A stretch of 64,000 bases of DNA from Mycobacteriales bacterium (lineage in GTDB: Bacteria > Actinomycetota > Actinomycetes > JAFAQI01). Position 1 is the first letter of the stretch, and every line of letters begins with the position of its first letter. The position numbers and the translations under genes were made by a program. The stretch is taken from the NCBI GenBank assembly GCA_036268405.1, contig DATAUF010000121.1, forward strand, positions 9,086 to 73,085. The letters run 5' to 3'. The notes beneath the pieces were generated by a model. That model did no database searches. It worked only from the letters and a program-made list of their open reading frames with translations, and was not told where the DNA came from. Shown in pieces: positions 26,164 to 34,338 of the stretch.

Positions 26164-27602
26164 AGATCGATTGCCATCCTCGCCAGTCGACGTCGGCGTC
26201 GTACGACGAAATAGTCCGCACCTGCGATGCCGCCGAGCGTTGCGAGGGCGATCAAGCCGACGGCAAGACCGGCGCCCCGGCTGCAGGAAGGACTACCCGC
26301 CGGGCTCGTTGTCGAACAGCTTGAGGCGACAGTTCGGGTCCCTGCGACTTGCGGGCTCGACACCGGTAGCGGCGCGCTCGAGGAGACGGGCAACGGGGGA
26401 ATGGAGGTGCCGCCCGATGGTTCGGTCGCGGGAGGAGGTGTGACAGAGCCACCCAGTGACGGGGCGGGGCTGTCGCCATTTCCGAACGGGTTGGCATAGG
26501 TCTTGTTGTCGGTGGTCGCCGTCACGCCACCGACCTGCACGTCGAAGGCCCCGACCCCGTCAAACGCGGCAAGGAGGAGGTTCACCAGGCTGTAGACGCT
26601 GCCGATCGTGCAGACCGCCTTGGTCGCGCTGTCGACGACGGCGCCGGCGAGCTGGGTGAGCACGAGGGTGATGAGCGGGTCGAGGACCTTAGCCACCGAT
26701 GAGGTGGTGGCGATGCCGATGCTGAGCGGCGTCATCGCGATCACGCCGTCGACATCGGTGAACGTCGGAAGGTCGATGTGCAGGCCGGTGGCAGCGAGCG
26801 CCTTGTTGACCGACGTCAGCGTCGAGGCGAGCGAGGCGGTCGACGCCGTCGGCAGCTTGACCCCGGCCAGGGTCACCGAGCCGATGCTGAAGGAGGACGA
26901 ATGGGCCGGCTTGCTGCCGGAGCGCAGTGCGATCTGCCAGTGCAACCCGTCGAGCTGCACCTTTCCGCCGAGCAGGTCGAGAGTTCCGAGATCTGCGGTC
27001 GCCTCTGCGATTCGCGCCTTCCCGGGAATGAGGTGCGCGTAGCTGTGGCTGGACAGGCCGGCGAGGGCCACGAGACCCGGCAGGTTGATACGGGTTCCGT
27101 CGAACTCGGCGGTGGCCGACTCGTGCGGCGCAGGTATGGCGGCGACGGACTCGCGGCCGGTGGAGACCTTCAGGGTGTCCGTGTCTGGGCCGGCCGCCGT
27201 CTTGTCGGCCCGGCTCGCACCGCTGTCGGACTCGGCGACCAGGGCCTTCGGTAGCTCTCCGGCGGTGACCGGCGCGGGGAGCGCGCTGCATTGCACTGCG
27301 AGCGTGCTTCCGATCACCCCGAGATCGAGTGCCTGGCTGGAGGCCTGCGCGAGGTCGTTGGTGTAGATGGCCACCGAGCGGCCGACGGTGATGCTGGCGG
27401 CCAGGCCCGCGTCGCGTGGCGCGATCTGGAGCGACTGCGCGGTGGCGGTGGCAGTTCCCGGGACGAACGTCGTGCCGGTCGTGGCGTAGGCGGATCCTGC
27501 GGTCTGCGCAGCGACCACTACGACGGCGAGCGCGGCAGTGCCGGCGACCGCGCGTTTGCGCAGGGCAAGCCCGACCCGCGGGACCCCGCGCTGCTGCACC
27601 AC
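26160..27602 (-). CDS. Secreted, C-terminally membrane-anchored protein of unknown function
   Basis: Signal peptide (RKRAVAGTAALAVVVVAAQTAGSAYA), Ala/Thr/Gly/Ser/Leu-rich body, Pro-rich stalk, C-terminal TM plus RRRRR stop-transfer (GLAVGLIALATLGGIAGADYFVVRRRRR). First gene of the transporter operon. Confidence 0.55.
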   Translation of the reverse strand: MVQQRGVPRVGLALRKRAVAGTAALAVVVVAAQTAGSAYATTGTTFVPGTATATAQSLQIAPRDAGLAASITVGRSVAIYTNDLAQASSQALDLGVIGSTLAVQCSALPAPVTAGELPKALVAESDSGASRADKTAAGPDTDTLKVSTGRESVAAIPAPHESATAEFDGTRINLPGLVALAGLSSHSYAHLIPGKARIAEATADLGTLDLLGGKVQLDGLHWQIALRSGSKPAHSSSFSIGSVTLAGVKLPTASTASLASTLTSVNKALAATGLHIDLPTFTDVDGVIAMTPLSIGIATTSSVAKVLDPLITLVLTQLAGAVVDSATKAVCTIGSVYSLVNLLLAAFDGVGAFDVQVGGVTATTDNKTYANPFGNGDSPAPSLGGSVTPPPATEPSGGTSIPPLPVSSSAPLPVSSPQVAGTRTVASSCSTTSPAGSPSCSRGAGLAVGLIALATLGGIAGADYFVVRRRRRLARMAIDL

Positions 27603-27676
27603 TCACGGACCATAAGAGCGCCAGACACGCGCGGCAAGGGTGGTCGGATCAGGCGCCTCGGCGTAGGCTAACTCGT

Positions 27677-30355
27677 GTGACCTCACTAAAACAACTGAGT
27701 AAATCCAGTTATGTGGTGGTCGGCGGCGGCGCGGCGGGGACGTTGGTGGCGACCCGGTTGCTGGATGAGTCAGCCCGGCGACACCTGCCGATGAGGGTCG
27801 CAATCGTCGAGTCGCGCGACTCGATCGGGCGTGGCGTTGCCTACTCCGCCACCGACCGGCGCCACACGCTCAATGTTCCTGCCTCGAAGATGTCGGCGTA
27901 CCCGGAGGACGCCGATCACTTCTTGCGGTGGCTCGCGGCGCATGGTCGCGAGGTTGGGGAGTACGACTTCGTTCCTCGACGCTGGTACGGCGAGTACCTC
28001 GAAGACGTACTGGGAATCGCGACGCGACGCGCGACTGCCGCGGACCTGCACGTGGTCCAGGACCGCGTGATCGACATCGAACGCGTGGGCACCCGGTGCC
28101 GGGTGTTCCTGGCTTCCGGAACGGAGCTGGCTCCGGCCGATGGCGTCGTCCTCGCGCTTGGTCACCTTGGGATCGGCACGGAGTGGGCGCCGTCATCACT
28201 GCGGGATTCGTCTCGATTCATCGCAGACCCGTGGCCGCCGGGGGTGCTCGAAACAGTTGACGATGACCAGGATGTCCTCTGCGTCGGCGCGGGCCTCACC
28301 ATGGTCGACGTCGTTGCTGCGCTCGACCGGCCGGGCCGCGCCATTCACGTTGCCTCGCGTACCGGACATCTTCCGCGCCGTCACGCTGACGAGCTGCTGC
28401 CCGTCATGGAGGCACCGGAGTTCTCCTCGGATGCGCCGGGCCTCGCTGAGCTGCGAGCGGTGATGGCGTCACATCTCGGGAAGGCCAAGCGCCGCTACGG
28501 CAACTGGCGGCCGGCCGTCGACAGCATCCGCGCGATCACCCCGAAGCTCTGGGACGGTCTCGGCGCGGACGACCGCGTTGAGTTCATGGCGCGGGATGCG
28601 CGGGCGTGGGACGCGGCTCGTCATCGCATTCCGCCTGCGGGCGCTGAACTGGTCGCGGCGGCGCGCGACGCAGGGCGACTCGTCTCGGTGACAGGTGAGG
28701 TGGTCGGCGCGACGGAATCCTCGTCGGGGATTGCCGTCGAGCTCACCGACGGCACCGTTCGTACGGTGGGAGCCGTCGTCAACTGCACCGGCCCTTGTGA
28801 CCGGCCCGAGCGCAGCGCGGATGCGTTTGTCGGCGCGCTCCTTCAGCGTGGGCTCGTCCGTCCCGGTCCGCTCGGAATCGGCTTCGACACCTGCCAGGAC
28901 GGGCGCGTGCTCGACCGATCGGGGGAGTCCTCCGCGGCGGTGTTCACTCTCGGCGCGTTGCGAAAGGGCTCGCTGTGGGAGTCAACCGCGATGCCCGAGA
29001 TCCGGGTGCAGGCGGCCGAGCTCGCCCGATGTCTCGTCGGGCCGGCGGTCACCAATCCGGTACGCCCTCGCGATCAGTACGGCCTGGTCGTGTCGACCAC
29101 GGCCGATGCGGCCGACATGTGGCGGCAGGCTCTCGATCGGATCCGCAGGGTGCAGTCCGGCGGGCCCGAGCTGCTGGCTGCGGCAGTCGAGGTCGATCCG
29201 GCCTTCGCGCTGGGACATGCCGCGCTCGCGTTGCTCGCTCGTGAATGCGAGGCGGAGGTTGACGCGCTCGGCAGCCTTTCGGCTGCGGTCGACGCGCTTC
29301 GTCTGCGTGCCGACCCCCGGGAGATCAGCTTCGTGCGGATGGTCGAGGCACGCCTCACTCAGACAACGGCCGAGGGCGATCGCGAGCTGCTCCGTCACGT
29401 CCGGGAGTACCCGACGGACTGCCTCGCGGTAAGCGTCGCCCTGCCGACCATCGCGTTCAGTGGCGTCGCGCAGCCACTTGAAGACGCCTGGCACCTGGTC
29501 GATGTGCTCGCACCGGCGTACGGCGACGACTGGTGGTTCAACAGCCTCGTCGCCTTCACGCGACAGGAGCAGGATCGCTTCGCCGAGGCGGATGCGTTCG
29601 CGGGGCGTGCGCTCGACGCCGACCCGGCTGCGGGCCACGCCGCGCACGCGCGCGCCCACGTCACGTACGAGACCGGTGACCACGGCGCGGGCCTTGCCTG
29701 GCTGGACGCCTGGATCGCCGAGCACGGGGACGATACGAACCACCGGGCGCACTACGCATGGCATGCCGCGCTGCATGAGATCGCGATGGACGACGTCGAT
29801 GCGGCGTTGCGTCGCTATCACTCGCAGCTGGCGCCGCCATTCGTCACCGGCGCGCGGGCGCTCGTCGACTCAGTGTCGCTGTTGTGGCGGCTGCGGATGC
29901 TCGGGGTACCGGTCGGCGTAGATGATGTGCGTCCGGCGCTGGCGGCGGTTGACCGGTGCGTCTTCGACCGACCCGCCACTCTCTTCACCGCTTTGCATGC
30001 GGCGATCGGCCTTGCCGCCGTCGGCGACCTTGGTGCGCTCGGCCGGCTCGAGTCGTTCGCCGCCGACCATGAGAACCGCTCCTTCGCGATCGCGGTCGTC
30101 CCGCTCTGTCGCGGCCTTTCCGCGGTCGCTGGCGGGCGACCTGCCGATGCTGTTGGACCCCTTGCAGCGTTGCGCGTGATGGGCTTGCGCCGGTTCGGCG
30201 GCAGCGCGGCGCAACAGGAAGTCGTCGAGGAGACGCTGCTTCACGTGCTCGTCGCCTCCGGGCGGCAGCCGGAGGCCGCGGCATTGATCGGTGAGCGCCA
30301 TGCGCGGCGCGGGTCGCCTCTGGACGCTTCGCGGCTGGTTGCCCTGAAGCGGTAG
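27677..30355 (+). CDS. FAD/NAD(P)-binding protein (COG4529-like) fused to a C-terminal TTC38-like TPR domain
   Basis: Start set at GTG 27677 so the Rossmann strand YVVVGGGAAGTLVATRLLDE is N-terminal. The upstream 87 codons of the track ORF are Arg-rich and antisense to the previous gene. C-terminal ~380 aa are helical repeats (DPAFALGHAALALL..., HYAWHAALHEIAMDD...). Confidence 0.6.
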   Translation: MTSLKQLSKSSYVVVGGGAAGTLVATRLLDESARRHLPMRVAIVESRDSIGRGVAYSATDRRHTLNVPASKMSAYPEDADHFLRWLAAHGREVGEYDFVPRRWYGEYLEDVLGIATRRATAADLHVVQDRVIDIERVGTRCRVFLASGTELAPADGVVLALGHLGIGTEWAPSSLRDSSRFIADPWPPGVLETVDDDQDVLCVGAGLTMVDVVAALDRPGRAIHVASRTGHLPRRHADELLPVMEAPEFSSDAPGLAELRAVMASHLGKAKRRYGNWRPAVDSIRAITPKLWDGLGADDRVEFMARDARAWDAARHRIPPAGAELVAAARDAGRLVSVTGEVVGATESSSGIAVELTDGTVRTVGAVVNCTGPCDRPERSADAFVGALLQRGLVRPGPLGIGFDTCQDGRVLDRSGESSAAVFTLGALRKGSLWESTAMPEIRVQAAELARCLVGPAVTNPVRPRDQYGLVVSTTADAADMWRQALDRIRRVQSGGPELLAAAVEVDPAFALGHAALALLARECEAEVDALGSLSAAVDALRLRADPREISFVRMVEARLTQTTAEGDRELLRHVREYPTDCLAVSVALPTIAFSGVAQPLEDAWHLVDVLAPAYGDDWWFNSLVAFTRQEQDRFAEADAFAGRALDADPAAGHAAHARAHVTYETGDHGAGLAWLDAWIAEHGDDTNHRAHYAWHAALHEIAMDDVDAALRRYHSQLAPPFVTGARALVDSVSLLWRLRMLGVPVGVDDVRPALAAVDRCVFDRPATLFTALHAAIGLAAVGDLGALGRLESFAADHENRSFAIAVVPLCRGLSAVAGGRPADAVGPLAALRVMGLRRFGGSAAQQEVVEETLLHVLVASGRQPEAAALIGERHARRGSPLDASRLVALKR

Positions 30356-30514
30356 TTCGAAACACAACAGCGCATTGACGGCGCGAGGTCCTTTGGTTGG
30401 TCCGGATTCCGGCCGCCGTTCCACTTGTCCTGTGGATAAGAATTGTTGAGATTTCTTTTGGTACCAACTGATTCAGGGCCGAAACTGTCGTACCCGGGTC
30501 GTAGGTTTCGTGGC

Positions 30515-31699
30515 ATGGCAAGCCGGTCGGTCGAGCAGCTTCGTTGCTCGGTGGGTGCGGTCCTCGGCGAGGATCCGCACGGCCAGCCGGACTGTCTGGT
30601 CCTTGAGGACACCGAGGTGTTGCTCGCCGTGCAACGTCAGCTCGACGGTGCGCTGGCCGCCCGCCTGCAGGTGATCGACGCTCGTGACGCGACCACCAGC
30701 GAACGTGGCCGTTGCACCCGGGGGTGGCTGGTTGAGGAGCTGCAGCTGTCCGGTCCCGACGCCCGCGGCCGGCTGCGGGTGGCGCGGGCCGGGGTCGCAC
30801 GCCCGGCGGTGATCGAGGCGCTGCGCGGTGGGGAGATCGGTCACGACCACGCGAAGGTGATCCTCAATTTCCTGCCCAAGCTTCCCGACGCCGACGCGAA
30901 GGACCACGCCGAGAAGCTGCTGCTGGACGCGGCGAAGGTCACCGACCCCACCACGATGACCCGTGGCCTGCGCGAGCTCGCGGACCGGTTGTGCCTGAAC
31001 GAGACCGCGGAACAACGCGCGGCGCGGCGCCACGCCGACCGGTGGCTGCGGTTCACCGAAACCTTCAACGGGATGACCCGCTTCGACGGGATGCTCGACC
31101 CGGTCCAAGCCACCATCGTGCAGACCGCGCTCGCGCCGCTGTCCCAGCGGGCCGGGGAACACGACGACCGGACCATCGGGCAACGCCGCGCCGACGCGCT
31201 CGTGGACCTCGCCACCATGGCCATGAACCGCGGGGATCTGCCCGACACCGCCGGGGAACCCACCCAGCTCGTGGTCCAGACGTTCCTCGCCGACCTGACC
31301 CGCCGCCTGCAAGCCGGCGACACCTGCCACTCCACGCTGGGCGGCACCCCGATCACCCCCAACACCGTGCGGATGCTCGCCTGCGACGCCGGGATCATCC
31401 CCGCCGTGATGGGCGGACCCTCCGAAGTCCTCGACCTCGGCCGGTCCACCCGCACCTGGTCACGCGCGCAACGCAAAGCCGCGAAACTTCGCGCGAACAA
31501 CCACTGCGAAGCCCCGCTATGCCAAGCCGCCATCGAACGATGCCAACTCCACCACGAACAACAGTGGGCCGAACACCACGGCCCCACCGACCTCGACAAC
31601 GGCATCTACCTCTGCACCTACCACCACCGACTCACCCACCACACCCCCTGGACCATCACCAGAAACCATGCCGGCAGAGTCGAGATCCGGCGGACGTAG
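30515..31699 (+). CDS. DUF222 / HNH endonuclease domain protein (mycobacterial 13E12-repeat-family-like)
   Basis: N-terminal DUF222-like (LLAVQRQLDGALAARLQVIDARD...). C-terminal HNH: NNHCEAPLC...CQLHHEQQWAEHHGPTDLDNGIYLCTYHHRLTH. Lower-GC flanks on both sides. Confidence 0.8.
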   Translation: MASRSVEQLRCSVGAVLGEDPHGQPDCLVLEDTEVLLAVQRQLDGALAARLQVIDARDATTSERGRCTRGWLVEELQLSGPDARGRLRVARAGVARPAVIEALRGGEIGHDHAKVILNFLPKLPDADAKDHAEKLLLDAAKVTDPTTMTRGLRELADRLCLNETAEQRAARRHADRWLRFTETFNGMTRFDGMLDPVQATIVQTALAPLSQRAGEHDDRTIGQRRADALVDLATMAMNRGDLPDTAGEPTQLVVQTFLADLTRRLQAGDTCHSTLGGTPITPNTVRMLACDAGIIPAVMGGPSEVLDLGRSTRTWSRAQRKAAKLRANNHCEAPLCQAAIERCQLHHEQQWAEHHGPTDLDNGIYLCTYHHRLTHHTPWTITRNHAGRVEIRRT

Positions 31700-31859
31700 A
31701 GCCTTCGGCCTTCCGGCTAGCGCCGCCGCGCACCGTCCAATCGCTACAGGGTGTCGGTGCCGACTACTGGGCGGGGTCGATGTTGTCGATCAGAATCCCG
31801 ACCGCTTGGAACGAGCGATCGAGCATGTCGATCGGACTTGTGGAACTCACAGATTGACG

Positions 31860-32234
31860 TTAGGCGGTCTGCGTCGGAAGGCCGGCGGCACGCCAGGCTC
31901 GGAAGCCTCCGGCGAGGTCGGTGGCGCGCCAGATGCCGAGCTGCTGAAGCGCCGACGCAGCGAGACTCGACGCGTACCCCTCATTGCAGAACAGCACGAT
32001 CCACGCGTCGCACGACGCGTCGGCGATACGCGCCTCGGATGCCGGGTCGAGTCGCCACTCCAGGACGTTGCGGTCGATGACCAGAGCTCCTGGGATGAGG
32101 CCTTCGATCACCCGGTTGACCTCGGGCCGGATGTCGACGAGGAGCGCACCTTCGCGCTGCGCGGCTGCGGCTTCCTTTGGGTCGAGCCGGCGCAGTCGCG
32201 TCCGCGCGTCCGCCAGCACCTCGTTGATCGTCAC
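31860..32234 (-). CDS. Single-domain rhodanese sulfurtransferase
   Basis: GTG 32234 overlaps the CDO-like stop (GTGA). LLVDIRPE...IVLFCNEGYASSLAASALQQLG with the active-site loop CNEGYAS. Only the 3' third of track ORF 31860-32660 is real. Confidence 0.75.
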   Translation of the reverse strand: MTINEVLADARTRLRRLDPKEAAAAQREGALLVDIRPEVNRVIEGLIPGALVIDRNVLEWRLDPASEARIADASCDAWIVLFCNEGYASSLAASALQQLGIWRATDLAGGFRAWRAAGLPTQTA

Positions 32235-32770
32235 GCCGAGATCGCTCCCTGGCGGGCGGACTGGCTGTCGTCCCGGGTCGACACCGTTCGCAGCCGGGCA
32301 AGCCCGCTCGGGTGTTGCGCGTAGAACGACATTGCGGACAACGGAGGGGAGTACGCATGCAGGCTTACCGCCGCGGCCGGTCCGGCGTTGTAGACGTCGT
32401 GCACCGTCGTGGGTGCGATCGCGACCGAGTTGCCGGCGGTCACGATGGTGGTCGTCGTGTCGAGCGGGGAGTCCGGGACCGCGCGGATCTCGGTAAGTGC
32501 GCCCTGCACGACGACGAATGCGCCCGAGGATCCCCCGTGGTCGTGCAGCTCCGTCCCCTGGCCGGTGAGCCAGCCGAGCAGCCAGATGTCGGCGGTGTCG
32601 TCGCCGTGCAGCCGTCGCCACCAACGCCCGCACGCATCGAAGCGCGCCAGGCTTTGCCACTGCGACGCGCGATCGGCTAGTCGCTCGAGGACGATCGCGA
32701 GCTGGTCTGCGTCGAGGCGCGACTGAGCCGGGAGAGTCCGTGTGGGCCGTAGTCGTTGGGGGAGTGCCAT
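32231..32770 (-). CDS. Cysteine dioxygenase type I-like cupin (thiol dioxygenase)
   Basis: WLLGWLTGQGTELHDHGGSSGAFVVVQGALTE...HDVYNAG...SLHAYSPPL has the cupin His triad pattern of CDO/3-mercaptopropionate dioxygenase homologs. Confidence 0.65.
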   Translation of the reverse strand: MALPQRLRPTRTLPAQSRLDADQLAIVLERLADRASQWQSLARFDACGRWWRRLHGDDTADIWLLGWLTGQGTELHDHGGSSGAFVVVQGALTEIRAVPDSPLDTTTTIVTAGNSVAIAPTTVHDVYNAGPAAAVSLHAYSPPLSAMSFYAQHPSGLARLRTVSTRDDSQSARQGAISA

Positions 32771-32805
32771 GGCATTACTATACCATAATGCTCAAGTAAC
32801 TCTGG

Positions 32806-34197
32806 TTACTCCCGACCGGCCGTCGCTGAGACCAGATCCAGTTCTATTGCCGTCGCGAACGGGTCGTCCACCAACACGACGTCGCGGTCTGCGCGATCGA
32901 GCAGGGATGCGGCGATCGTCGCTCGGAATCCGCTTGCGCAGTGGATCCACAGGACACCTTGGGGGAGCTCGGTCATTCGCGCCGCCAGGTCGGCGAGCGG
33001 CACGTGCCACGAGCCGGGGATCGCGCCGTCACGAACGACCTCGTCCGGGCGCCGCACATCGATCACCTGCGCGCCGATGCCGAGCGCGTCCGCCAGGTCG
33101 ACGAAGGTGGCGATCGGGAAGCTGCGTCGTGGCAGGTTCGGGGCAATCTCGGCGAGATCACCGTATGCCGCCGCGGCCGGACGGTCGATCCCGATCCTGA
33201 CCAGCTGGCGCTGAGCCGCGGCGACCTGCTCAGCGGTTTCGGCAAGCAGGCTGAGCGGCTCGTCGTACGGATAGATCCATCCGAGGTACGTCGCGAACTG
33301 CGGTCCGAGCTCCACGGCGACAGTTCCGGCGAGGTGGTCAGCCGCGAAGCTGCGCCGGTCGCGGATGTCGACCACCCACTCGCCGGACGACAGCCGCTGG
33401 CCGATTTGGTCGGACCCGGCGATCTGCGGCGGACTGAGGTCCGCGGGGGGCGCGCCGGCCCGATTCCGTGGCGCCATGTGGACGTAATAGCTGGGGTACG
33501 GCGTGAAGCCGGCGATCGTACGTTCGACGAACCCGTCCTCATCATCCTCTGCGAGCGCAGCGTTGCTGCGGCGCTCGTCGCCGAGCGTGCCCGACGCGGA
33601 GTCGTGCTTGCCTGGGGGACCCGACGCGCAGAAGCTCCCGAAGCCATGCGTCGGAAACAGCCGCACCTCGTCAGGTAGAGGCGCCGTGAGCTCGCGGACT
33701 GAGCGGTACTGCGCGCGCGTCAGCTCACGGGTTCGGCTCTCATCGATCAGATCGGTGCGACCGACCGCGCCGTAGAGCAGTGAGCCGCCGCTGAACACCG
33801 CAGTCTCGCCACCCGATCCGGTGACCACATAAGAGAGGTGTCCGGGGGTATGGCCGGGCGTCGCGACCACCCTGATGTGGAGCGACCCGACCTGCAGCAT
33901 CGAGGCGTCGTCGACCGGCGTCCGCTCGTATGCCACTTCCTCGGATCGGGCGACGAGGTAGGGGACGCCAGCCGATCGTGCGAGGTTGAGCCCGCCCGTG
34001 ACGTAGTCGTTGTGGATGTGCGTCTCGCCGACCGAGCCAAGCACGAGCCCGAGCTTTCCCAGCATCTCGCTGATGCGATCGATGTCGCGCTGCGGGTCGA
34101 TCACGAAGGCGATTTCGCCGTCGTGCACGACGTAGCTGCGGTCGCCCAGCTCGTCCGTGCGGATCGTTTCGACCCGCAGGCGTGGTCCGCCGTTCAT
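32806..34197 (-). CDS. Persulfide dioxygenase (ETHE1/MBL fold) fused to rhodanese domains
   Basis: ETHIHNDYVTG (HxHxDH variant), ATPGHTPGHLSYVV, and C-terminal rhodanese modules (VVDIRDRRSF..., VIDVRRPDE...LWIHCASGFRATIAASLL with a catalytic Cys loop). Architecture resembles PDO-rhodanese fusions such as CstB/Blh. Confidence 0.8.
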   Translation of the reverse strand: MNGGPRLRVETIRTDELGDRSYVVHDGEIAFVIDPQRDIDRISEMLGKLGLVLGSVGETHIHNDYVTGGLNLARSAGVPYLVARSEEVAYERTPVDDASMLQVGSLHIRVVATPGHTPGHLSYVVTGSGGETAVFSGGSLLYGAVGRTDLIDESRTRELTRAQYRSVRELTAPLPDEVRLFPTHGFGSFCASGPPGKHDSASGTLGDERRSNAALAEDDEDGFVERTIAGFTPYPSYYVHMAPRNRAGAPPADLSPPQIAGSDQIGQRLSSGEWVVDIRDRRSFAADHLAGTVAVELGPQFATYLGWIYPYDEPLSLLAETAEQVAAAQRQLVRIGIDRPAAAAYGDLAEIAPNLPRRSFPIATFVDLADALGIGAQVIDVRRPDEVVRDGAIPGSWHVPLADLAARMTELPQGVLWIHCASGFRATIAASLLDRADRDVVLVDDPFATAIELDLVSATAGRE

Positions 34198-34214
34198 CTG
34201 TCCTCGCTCGTCTT

Positions 34215-34228
34215 GTGACCCAGGTCAC
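34215..34228. promoter_or_regulatory. Candidate operator in the divergent promoter region (GTGACC-CA-GGTCAC)
   Basis: Perfect 6-bp inverted arms with a 2-bp spacer, 18 nt upstream of the PDO-rhodanese start. It lies in the 141-nt spacer shared with the SBP56-like operon. The rest of the spacer is AT-rich (gctatatctaatcc). Confidence 0.3.
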
Positions 34229-34338
34229 GAACTCGTGTCGCGGTGGTTTGGGCTGTCCGATTCGTGCTATATCTAATCCAACCCACTCAAGTTAGGTGGG
34301 ATACTGAGCAAGGTAAAGCCGACGCACGGAGGGCATGG

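Noticed and set aside
31764-31850. 28-codon minus-strand ORF (VSSTSPIDMLDRSFQAVGILIDNIDPAQ) in the spacer between the HNH gene and the rhodanese gene
   Set aside because: It reads protein-like and might be a gene remnant or small protein. However, it is too short, has no RBS I can see and no recognisable family, so it is not reportable as a feature.
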